32,000 nucleotides of DNA from Wallemia ichthyophaga EXF-994 (taxonomy: Eukaryota > Fungi > Basidiomycota), in assembly GCF_000400465.1 (NCBI RefSeq), contig NW_008806276.1, forward strand, positions 510,001-542,000, given 5' to 3'. The notes beneath the pieces are model-generated. The model had not been told where the DNA came from and did not search any database. It saw only the letters and a program-made list of their open reading frames with translations. Below are positions 11,155 to 20,564 of this stretch, one piece after another (positions within the stretch are counted from its first letter, which is position 1; each line of letters begins with the position of its first letter). The position numbers were made by a program, and so were the translations under genes.

Positions 11155-12567
11155 CTACCTCTTTTCCCAGAATCTAAATGCTGGCGTCTCGTACTCCTTG
11201 AGTTTGTATTTACGTTTAGCGCTGGGTGTGATGTTAGCGAGAAGCGAGACAGGAAACAGCAAAACCCACGAGACAGGCTGTCTAGGCTCGACCAAGGCGC
11301 GTTTCTGTAACGACATGAAGCGATCTCTGAAGAGATTACCCTCGCTCTTAACACCTCTAAGAGATTCGCTGAGATCTTCACCAAGAGTGACATCCACTTC
11401 CTGAGAAGGCACAACATGACGACCTATTTTACGTCCCTCAAATCCACCTGCTCCACTTGCCTTCACTGCGGCTGCCAACTTTCTCTCCTCAGCTTTCTCC
11501 TGTTGTTTTCGCAGTTTCTTTACCAGTGATTTGGATATTCCAGTGGCTTGGTAGATGTCGTGCTTTTGCGCTTTCAGGAACGCTGTACGCTCACGCTCCA
11601 CCTTGTCTTTCTTGAGCTGGAGAGATGCCTTGCGACGACGCTTTGCTTCACGGAGATCGGCGATACGCATTTTGTCGCGGATGGTGGCTGAGGAGGTGTC
11701 TTTGTCATCATCGTCATCTTCTGCTTCTTCCTTGTCGTCTTGCAAATTGTCATCACCCTCCTCACTCGGGTCACTCTCCTCACCCTCCTCACTTTCCTCC
11801 TCTTCGTCACCACTCTCTGGCACATCCAATTCCATTCCACCAACATTCTTGCTCTGTGCGTATCGTCTGCGTACAGCAGCATTCTTGTCAGCTTTAAGTT
11901 TACGCAGCTGCTCTCTCTCGTAAGCCAACCGGAGGAGTTCTTCGTGGCTCTTGCTGTCAGGGTTGTAGCTCTGACCCGCATGAGGTTTTTCGACTGGTTC
12001 AACACCGGTGTGGTAGTGTGGATGACTGGGTAACCTCACTGATGGTTTTCTATTCAAATCGACCACTTCAAATCCCTCAGCCGCGTCGACCTTCTTCATG
12101 TCCTCGTTCTTATCGGCCACAGCATCATCCCAGAGGTCATATTGACCAGCCTCTTTCGCAGCTTTCGTTAAGCCGTGCGTGGCTATACTGTCACCCTGCT
12201 GGCTGGCAAAAGTTGCACCGAGTGGACCACTTACTTTCTTCTTTGTGATTGTGTTGAGTCTGTCTTTGTCTGCTTTGCTGATTGTGCGTGTGTGTTGTTT
12301 GAGTGCAGGCGCAGGCACGGCAGAGCGGTGTTGAAGAATGCTGAGAGATTTGAGTGGTTTGGCTGATTTCTCCTTTTTCATGCGCTTAGTGGTCTCTGCA
12401 TCGCCTTGCAAATCCACCGCAAATAGAGAATCATCGGGCTTATTCTCAAGTGCACTGCCGTAGACAACAGCTTCATCTCTCGCTGCGTTTAGCGCATCAT
12501 CAACTCCTCCAGTATTCGCATTCTTGCGCCATTCTTTCTTCCCTTTCCGTGAGCTTCTTGGTGGCAT
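11155..12567 (-). CDS. NOP53: Nop53/GLTSCR2 60S biogenesis protein; likely 48-nt intron 11222-11269
   Basis: SRKGKKEWRKN N-terminus, PHAGQSYNP, GNLFRDRFMSLQKRALVEPR. In-frame GTGGGT..CTAAC..CCAG intron near the 3' end. Confidence 0.9.
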   Translation of the reverse strand: MPPRSSRKGKKEWRKNANTGGVDDALNAARDEAVVYGSALENKPDDSLFAVDLQGDAETTKRMKKEKSAKPLKSLSILQHRSAVPAPALKQHTRTISKADKDRLNTITKKKVSGPLGATFASQQGDSIATHGLTKAAKEAGQYDLWDDAVADKNEDMKKVDAAEGFEVVDLNRKPSVRLPSHPHYHTGVEPVEKPHAGQSYNPDSKSHEELLRLAYEREQLRKLKADKNAAVRRRYAQSKNVGGMELDVPESGDEEEESEEGEESDPSEEGDDNLQDDKEEAEDDDDDKDTSSATIRDKMRIADLREAKRRRKASLQLKKDKVERERTAFLKAQKHDIYQATGISKSLVKKLRKQQEKAEERKLAAAVKASGAGGFEGRKIGRHVVPSQEVDVTLGEDLSESLRGVKSEGNLFRDRFMSLQKRALVEPRQPVSWVLLFPVSLLANITPSAKRKYKLKEYETPAFRFWEKR

Positions 12568-12617
12568 CGTTGTTGGTTGTCGGAGATGGAGATGGCTCGT
12601 GTATTCCAGCGACGACG

Positions 12618-13886
12618 ATGCAAATTATAAAATCTGGATTAGAGGCGCATTTACATAATTTCCATTTGGATTTGATAGCCGGTGCTTCCATCACTCTTTG
12701 GCTGCCTTTTCATGCTCTTGGTGGTGATGCGGCACACGAGGAACACAACGCACACAACGCACACAACGCACACGACACTCGCAGCCTCACTGAGAGCGTA
12801 CTCCACAATACCCCCCACTCCGGCAACCGTGATTGGGAAGCCTTCGTCGACGCCTACATGGCCCTCCTACACTCCCACCCCGCGCAGACTTGGCCAGCCA
12901 CAGCGCGGTGCTACACGACGCTAACGACTCTCTTTATCCAGTGCACCAGCGCCGGCAGTACACAAACCACCCCTGCTCTCCGCCTCCTCACGACGTTCCT
13001 CCCGAGACTGGCAGTGCGCACCAGCCACGCAGCGGCGAGCCAAGCGGCGAGTCAGCTCAGTCGTGCGCTAGCAGTGACGAATGTGAACATAGCACAGCGA
13101 CGCACACTCCTCGTACACATCACCAACATGCTCGCGTGGACCTATTTCAAGCTGCACAGACTCCATTCCCTCCCTACGGCCCTCAAAGCGGTTATTCCAT
13201 TGGAGGTGGACGGCGCACATGCTCTCAATTCCAACTATTCCCGCGCTGATGTCACCACTTACCGCTATTGGCGCGCTCGCTCTCTCCTCGCCGAGTGGAA
13301 GGTGGGCGCTGCGTTCACCCACCTCGAAGCGGCATACAGGGGGTGTCTTAGTTCTGCACAGACACACTCACACGCTCGCTCTGTTTCAAACAGACGTCGC
13401 ATCGCCGCGTATTGGCTGGTCACTGCTCTCATCCAGCGCAGATGCCCCACGTACACCCTCCTCCAGCGCAACGAGCTCGAGTGGCCGTTCGCGCAGCTGT
13501 TCGCGCACACGCGCAAGGGCGACGTGCGTCGTCTGTATGCTGCGCTCAACCGCCCAGATGTGCGCTCCTTCTTGATCAAGATGGGTGTATATACCATGGT
13601 GCGGGAGAAGGTGGAGTGCGTTGCACACACAGCTCTGCTACGGCGCACACTCAGGCTTTACATGCAGCTGAAAGGAACAGCCACTCCGATTATTCCCCTT
13701 GCCGTGTTCCTCAGAACCCTCCAGATCGCTCATCCAGACGAACCGTACACCCTCGACGTGGACGACGCGGAGGCTGTCGTCGTATCTCTCATCGATCAGG
13801 GCCTCGTCGGCGCTAGCATCCAGCATAGCTCGCGCACGCTCGTCTTGGCCAAGAGCGACAACAGCGCGTTTCCGCGGGCGGTGTAG
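12618..13886 (+). CDS. PCI-domain protein of the PCID2/Thp1/CSN12 family
   Basis: VTTYRYWRARSLL...AFTHLEAAY.GC...NRRRIAAYW...P...LL...GDVRRLYAAL...GVYTMVREK...EAVVVSLIDQGLV follows the PCID2/CSN12 layout. First plausible ATG is at 12618. Confidence 0.75.
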   Translation: MQIIKSGLEAHLHNFHLDLIAGASITLWLPFHALGGDAAHEEHNAHNAHNAHDTRSLTESVLHNTPHSGNRDWEAFVDAYMALLHSHPAQTWPATARCYTTLTTLFIQCTSAGSTQTTPALRLLTTFLPRLAVRTSHAAASQAASQLSRALAVTNVNIAQRRTLLVHITNMLAWTYFKLHRLHSLPTALKAVIPLEVDGAHALNSNYSRADVTTYRYWRARSLLAEWKVGAAFTHLEAAYRGCLSSAQTHSHARSVSNRRRIAAYWLVTALIQRRCPTYTLLQRNELEWPFAQLFAHTRKGDVRRLYAALNRPDVRSFLIKMGVYTMVREKVECVAHTALLRRTLRLYMQLKGTATPIIPLAVFLRTLQIAHPDEPYTLDVDDAEAVVVSLIDQGLVGASIQHSSRTLVLAKSDNSAFPRAV

Positions 13887-14020
13887 TGTGTATATAGTAA
13901 AATAGAATAAAATAGATTGCACTGTTGTACTCGTAGATGTAGTTGTTTTTTCGTTTGACATTTGTTTGCGCTCACCTGCGTGTCAACATCTTCTCGCTTC
14001 CCAAACGCCTTCAGGAGAGG

Positions 14021-15437
14021 ATGATCGATTTAGTTTTACTGCAGGAAGCCAAAGGTGAGAGAGGCGTTGAAGGAAGCAACGACGCAACTGACACACGCAC
14101 CCACCACAGGCGGAAATCCAGAGCAAGTCCGCGAATCGCAGAGGAAACGCTACGACAGTGTGGAGCTGGTGGATGAGGTTTTAGGGCTATATGCAACGTG
14201 GAACGCGCTCAATTTCGAGTCGCAGCAGCTCAACCAGCAGATAAACAGTACTCAGAAAGCCATAACGGCCAAGAAGAAGGTCAAGGAGAGTGCAGACGAT
14301 GAGCTAGCCCTGAAGAAAGAGCTAGATGGGCGTGTACCCACATTGAAGCAGCAGACAGCGGCAGCCGAGCAGCATATGAAAAGCAAAGCTGTACAGATTG
14401 GCAATATAGTTGGTCCAGCTGTGCCCATCCACGACGACGAAGAGCACAACGTTGTCGTTCGCACATGGCACCCACACGGTCCCAATGCTGCGGTGGAGAA
14501 GAAAGCAGGTGCACTACCTCACCACGAAGTACTCATGCGTCTTGACGGATTCGATCTCGAACGCGGTCAGAAAATAGCTGGTCACCGCGGGTACTTCCTT
14601 CAGGACACAGCTGTTGATCTCAACCTTGCACTCATTTCTTATGGCCTCGATTTCCTTCGCAAGCGCCAGTACCGCAAGGTTATGACGCCTTTCATGATGC
14701 GCAAGGACATGATGAGCAGGACAGCCCAGCTCGAGCAGTTCGATGAGGAGTTGTACAAGATCGACGATGGCGGAGAGGATGACAAGTATCTCATCGCCAC
14801 TTCCGAGCAGCCGATCAGCGCTATGTTTGCAAACGAGTGGTTCGAGTCACCAAAAGAGCAGCTGCCAATTAGACTCGCTGGATACTCCACTTGCTTCCGC
14901 AAAGAGGCGGGAAAACATGGCAAGGATACCTGGGGGATTTTCCGCGTTCACCAGTTCGAGAAGATAGAGCAGTTCTGCGTTACCTCCCCTGAAACATCTT
15001 GGGACGTGTTCAACGAGATGGTCGAGAATAGTGAGGAGTTCTACCAGTCCTTAGGCATTCCTTACAGACTCGTAAACATTGTCTCTGGAGCCCTCAACAA
15101 CGCCGCCGCTCAGAAATATGACCTCGAGGCGTGGTTTCCGTATCTCGGCGAATGGAAGGAACTTGTCAGCACTTCCAACTGCACTGACTACCAGTCGAGG
15201 AGCTTGGAAGTGAGACACGGGATCAAGAAACAGGGCGAGACCAACAAAACTTACGTACACATGCTTAACGGGACCATGTGCGCGACTGAGAGAGCCATGT
15301 GCTGTCTTGTGGAGAATTGGCAAACTGAAGATGGCCTTGTTGTCCCTCCTGCCCTGCGCAGGTACATGGATGACAGGGAATTCATCCCATTCTGCAAAGA
15401 TGTCCCTAAAGCCAAGGTGAACAAGTCTAAAAAGTAA
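14021..15437 (+). CDS. SES1: Cytosolic seryl-tRNA synthetase; intron 14055-14109
   Basis: Spliced N-terminus MIDLVLLQEAKGGNPEQVRESQRKR. Also YLIATSEQP, motif 2 FRKEAG..GIFRVHQFEKIEQF, ELVSTSNCTDYQSR and motif 3 HMLNGTMCATERAMC. Confidence 0.97.
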
Positions 15438-15520
15438 GAAAGTTTAATTATAAGAAATAAGGGTACAATGGATGCATGTTTCTTTCACAATAAATAGTTG
15501 ATCGTGTCTACCGCGTACGT

Positions 15521-16420
15521 CTAGCGCTGCACGGTGCCTTCAAACCAGTTGCTGATCGACGGCAATCTAAATGCCGGGGGAGTAGATGATGCTGGGGGTT
15601 GTGATTGTGTGTGAGTGTGTGTATGTGTGTTTATGTGGCCGTGTACCGGTGTGTACTGCTGACCGATAAAAGAAGATACTGAAGAAGTGGGAATAGTTTT
15701 GAGAGGGGAAGGTGAATGTACTGGTTTGTGTACTGGTGGGGATGTATTCGTTGATGTTACTCTAGACGCTGCTACTGCTGGTATACCACCTGTACTAATT
15801 TTCACACTATCCTGCGACAAGCTGTGACCATCTCTCTGGCTATCGATAGATGAAGCCGGGGAATGCATACTCTTCCCACTTCCAGCACTCTCATTCGACA
15901 ACTTGCGTCTTTTGAATCTGTCTCAGTCAGCCAATTAAACTCCGACGTACGAAAACATTCAAACACACCCTGGACTTGGTCCTCTGCGTTTCTGGACACG
16001 CGTGTACTCGCACCCGACGTGAGCGTTCACGCAGCGCGAACACGCCTTGGTCACCGTGGGCGGGTGACCATTCAGATCGGGTACTATGTTTCCATCGCAG
16101 CGCAATTTCTTGTGCGTGCATCTGTCACATGCCCGGGTCACTCTGCTGATTGGCTGCTTGGATTGTTCTGGTGTGGGTGGTTGGAGGTGTTGTATGTGTG
16201 GCTGCTGCTGTGGCTGTTGTGGCTGTTGTGGCTGTGGCTGTGGCTGTGGCATTGGCCGTGGCTGCTGTGTTTGCTTCTCCACTACATCCACACCCACTCC
16301 CCCTTCATTCAATATCGAGGCTGGGAAACTGAACTTCTGTGGCTGGGCCGGTGCTGGTGCCGGTGCTGGTGCTGGTGTTGACGCTGTAGCTCCCGCTTTA
16401 CTCTCCACTAACCCCAACAT
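15521..16420 (-). CDS. Zn(II)2Cys6 transcription factor, about 282 aa; intron 15918-15968
   Basis: RACDRCTHKKLRCD..CSRCVNAHVGCEY followed by KRRGP. Splicing gives GPSPGFKRRKLSNES. PA and PQ repeats; C-terminal LPSI motif. Confidence 0.85.
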
Positions 16421-17799
16421 GATGGTCTATTTCTAAGGCGCTCTTCGGAGTTAATTGATTAGGAAATTAGATTACCAGCCTCGGTCACTGGTCCCCGTCC
16501 TCTGTCATCAGGAATGTCAATCTTGGCGGATTTCGATGGTGGAAGGCGTATCGGTATAGGTTTCCATCTATATCAGTAACACCACCAACCGCTCCCCTTT
16601 CTATTCCGGTATTTTCTGTTGCTAAGCGAATCGAATCTCAATGGAAGAAGTTTTCGGAATAATTGTCACACACGCATGGGTGACATATGAACGTGGTGTA
16701 TGCATCTAAAGAATGTCTAAATTCCTATTCCCCTCTTTCCCTGCTTACCCCTGCTTACCTCAGCAGACACAGCAAATCTGCGGACTTTCTCCGCAAGACG
16801 CAGCGTGTATAGAGTACAGATGCTGCTAACGCTGATATCAACAGCCAGCTTATTCACACCTAACCTCCTCTACACCCTTTATACAATTTCTGCTCACATC
16901 ACGCGATCGCCCAGCACGCCCTCCTCAGTTCCACGCCCAGCGTTACTGATTCAGGGCGCAGACTGATTCCGTAACTTGTAACTATCACTAAGCCCATTTT
17001 ATTTTTATCCGTTTGTGCTGAGTTATTTACGTACGTGGATGTATTTACGTGCGCGATCATTATACGTACGTGTATTCAATCGCTTTATTTTAAATAGCCG
17101 ATGTTTGTATGAGCCAGTTGTAGAGTCTGCTCAGCCAGCTCAATCTACCCCACGAGAACAGCACTCATCACTCACCATACACCCTTTCCCCTCGCAAATA
17201 CCACATTTCAGCTTGTTCCGTGTACGGCTGATCGTGCCTCACCCCACGTCATCTGAATGCTCGGACGTCGGCAGATGATTTATGATTGTGTAATAGGCGG
17301 GCGGAGTGCGGATTGCGGTGTAAATAGAGTATTTTTATATTGGTGAGTGGTGAATGCGGTGAGCATATAATCCACCACGCGTAGACGCCTCGTACACCCA
17401 CTTCACGCACCTTGGATAATGATCGACGGGGTATCCTCACGCGACGGTGGTATGTGGTATGTAGTATGTAGTACGTAATTTGTGTTGCTGTAGAAGGCCT
17501 ATCGCACATCACTCAATTTAATAACCGCGTTAATGTAATTGATCCAAAATAGCACATTCCTCGGTCAGCAATGCGACATTGACGGCGTGATAAATGGGGG
17601 TGATATTGATTGAATTATAGATATCACAGTGTTCTTGTTGTGAGCAGGAGCAGTCCATTTTGTGTCTTGCTTTCTCTTCCTATTTCACTCCTCATGGTAA
17701 TGCTCCCTGTGTATCACTTCCTGCAGACGTTTTATTAACGCTTTGCATACAACCCACTTTTGAGTCTCAGTAATGATATTTGTACGCGACTACGTCTCA

Positions 17800-18483
17800 A
17801 TTTGCATTCGGGTGTGCCTTCGTGCTAGCATATTTGATGAGATGTGGATGGATATCGCGAGCTCAGAAGGAGAGCAACACACTACAAATTAGAAATGTCT
17901 TATTATTTGTGCACTCCATTCAAAGTCAGCTCATTAAATCAGAGATCAAATCCCTTTGATAGGGTTTTCGGCCAAAAAATAAAGTGCAAAAATATCCGAC
18001 AGCTATGAGATTCGAACTCATGAACGCAATGCGCAATAGAAGGTTAATCCAAAGATAGCAATCTATCGCCTTAACCACTCGGCCAAACTGTCACTGACTA
18101 CCAACCCATTCGCAACTATCATTACCGTACCAAGCACTAATCATCCCTCAACCTGAAAATGTTAACTATACTCCTTTTCCTTTCTCGCTTCCACTAAATT
18201 CAGCACCCCCTCCAACTCCTCATCCTCTATTAAGTATTGACCCACACACTTTAAACATCTATCGTCTTAACAAGATAATCAGTTTTCATCATAATCATCA
18301 TCAATATCCTTTCTTTTGGTGATCAATAGCCTAGGTGCATTTCCCGTGCCTAATCACTCCACCATAATCCCAAAGGTACTTCTTCTACAATGCTCAAAGT
18401 CCATCTGCATCACCGTGGTCTGCTACAGCTCCTCAAACTCCGGATTAGTAGCAGATACCTGTTAATTGTAACAACAGCTGCAT
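17800..18483 (+). repeat. Left arm of a 684-bp inverted repeat (partner 26005-26688)
   Basis: Base-by-base comparison with the reverse complement of 26005-26688 is colinear with no indels (paired coordinates sum to 44488). I found two mismatches: 17872/26616 and 18274/26214. Confidence 0.97.
17997..18092 (-). tRNA. tRNA-Ser(GCT) with 14-nt intron
   Basis: Acceptor stem GACAGTT/AGCTGTC, A box TGGCCGAGTGG, anticodon stem ATAGA/TCTAT with GCT, long variable arm GCGC-ATT-GCGT, B box GTTCGAATC, discriminator G73. Mature length is 82 nt, and a T5 terminator follows. Confidence 0.95.
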
Positions 18484-18818
18484 ACAAGCATGTGATAATC
18501 CGTAATTTCATCCTATTTAACATCTACTGGCTTGCAGCGTCGCCTACTTCCCAAAATGAAGTCATGTCCAAAATAAAGTTATGGTAAGCCGTTTAAAGTG
18601 GAGTTTGATTGAGAAGTACCCACACGCATCTCGCTCTCTACTCAGTATTCAAACCACGACTGCAACACCTATACTGCTATATGTTAGTTGGAAGATGAAT
18701 TGCCCAAACTAAGAGTAAATTACAGTATGAAATAACTAAAATTACAATCCCATGTATTACAACTAAGCCATCTGTTCTGTGTCTTGTTAGCCCTCTTGAC
18801 CACACGCAATCAAGCTCG

Positions 18819-20448
18819 ATGGGATCAGGATCGCAGAGACCACCACCCAACACGAAGTCCAATAAATGTAGTATGAGTAGCATCATAGATATATACAAGG
18901 CGCCTTCTACATTTCTGCCTCGGCTCTTTGACTATTTCAATTGCCGGAATTCTGGAATCGACGTATGCAGAAGTGGAAACGCTATAAGAGTAAATAAGAA
19001 CATGGTGTGTCATACCTAATCGTCCTATCACCCGTCTTATTGGATACAGCTGCGGGAATATTTGCGTTTAGAGCTTCTAAACGATGGCATCATTAAAAAG
19101 CACACGAGTTCAGGCAAGAGCGACTCAATCGTTGAAAAGTCTTTTAACGCGGTGCTGAAAAGCTGTCAGATGTACTTTAAGCTTATTGATAAGTGCGCGT
19201 TGGAATGTTGCATAACCATGAACAAAAAAGCTGATGGTTTCCTCACTTATGAAACCAAAAAGGGTCACAGTCCAAATAATGTGAGTGAAGCATACATATC
19301 TATGTAAAACTCATTGCAACAAGAAAAACGCCTTCCTCTTAAGCCCAAGGAATGTCGGTAATGATGGCTACAATGATATTTACAATAACTACAATGGATC
19401 TAAAAGGAAGTTAAACAATTTATCAAATAGTGGACAATTTGATCGTGATAACACCAACAAAGTAGATGAGACAATAGAGACTGAAGACGAAGTAGACAGA
19501 ATACTCGAAGAACAACCAGTAGTGCAGAAGAGGCGTAAAAAGGGCAGGCCCAGAAATGTATCGAGAGAAAGAGAAGCACAGCAGGCGTCACACGGGGAGC
19601 CGCAGCCATTAGTTGAAGCTGAAGAGGACGAACCACCTACAAAATCAGAGGAAGCAGAAGATGAGAGATTAGCTAGGCGGGAAAGAAGAGCATCTCTAAA
19701 TGCAGATACTACACGACGTGAGAATACAGCGTCGAAGCCATCCAAAATTATTATAAAAAATCCATACAGGAAGCAAGAGGAGCAAGTGAAGCAAGAAGAG
19801 CAGGAAATAGAAAGCCTCGCCAATTTAAATGATTCAAATGCAACTCAGCATCTTCTACAGCCTCCACCTCAACAGGCGCCACCAGCTACTCCTCCGGAAA
19901 TCGCAAAAGCAAGAGAAGAAGTAAAAAGGGCCGAGGAAGCAAGCGAAATGGAGCTGAAATTGCTATACGAGCAAATTGAACAACTCAAGCAGGCACGGCA
20001 AGCACAGGAAGCACAGGAATCACAGTGGCTTAATCAGCGAAACAAGCAATATGAACCTACTAAGTTAAGAGTTCGCAAATCTCAATTACTAGTAAAATTA
20101 GATCTGAAGAGGATTCAGTCGAAATCTAGTACACCGTCTCATGCCCCAGCCAAAGCGGTTGGTAACAAGGAAACCAAAAAAGCACAACTTGCACCATTGG
20201 CAACAACATCAGCGAGCTCATCGCCACTGTCAGCACCCCCATCACTTCCAACGATATCTTCATCTTCATCCGAAGCTTCAGATAATGAAGAAATTAGATC
20301 GGATGAATTCCACATCAACTCCGCCATTGCATCTCCCCCGCATAGACGACTTGAATCACCTGATATAACACGTCTATCGCTTTCACCGGTTGAGCCTATC
20401 AGTTCATACGAATCACAGCAAAGCAGAATATTAAACATAGACAAGTAA
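18819..20448 (+). CDS. Orphan putative DNA-binding protein, about 513 aa (exons 18819-19004, 19050-19280, 19324-20448): HSF-like N-terminal domain, AT-hook, coiled coil
   Basis: Two phase-0 introns (45 and 43 nt) link three ORF-track fragments. AT-hook-like KKGRPRN; E/Q-rich coiled coil; S/P-rich tail. The true start may lie upstream, because further splice-like sites occur at 18584-18790. Confidence 0.6.
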
Positions 20449-20564
20449 TAAACGCATGTATTGTAATACCAGTTTCATTTATACCCTCTTGAGCGCATTT
20501 CACAAAGTACGCCGTTGATCTCATTCTAGTAACAGTACGTTCATCTTGAGTTTTTTTAACGGGA

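Noticed and set aside
12743-12775. (ACAACGCAC)n, and similar (GCTGTG)n/(GCTGGT)n tracts at 16200-16380
   Set aside because: Coding microsatellites encoding HNA, PQ and PA repeats; not CRISPR arrays or telomeric repeats.
17630-17750. Faint similarity of the left outer flank (TCACTTCCTGCAG..TTATTAA) to the reverse complement of the right outer flank (TCACTACTGCAG..TTAATAA)
   Set aside because: Patchy and not colinear in spacing. It cannot be distinguished from background without a scored alignment; a significant hit would imply an older, longer duplication.
17800-18483. Interpretation of the repeat as a SINE, LTR or DNA transposon
   Set aside because: The tRNA is intact, intron-containing and internal, with its own terminator. 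No TG..CA ends, terminal inverted repeats, target-site duplication, poly(A) tail or transposase/RT ORF were seen.
18390-18587. 65-aa ORF starting inside the repeat arm
   Set aside because: Crosses the repeat boundary, has no recognisable motif, and is not preserved in the other arm beyond the junction.
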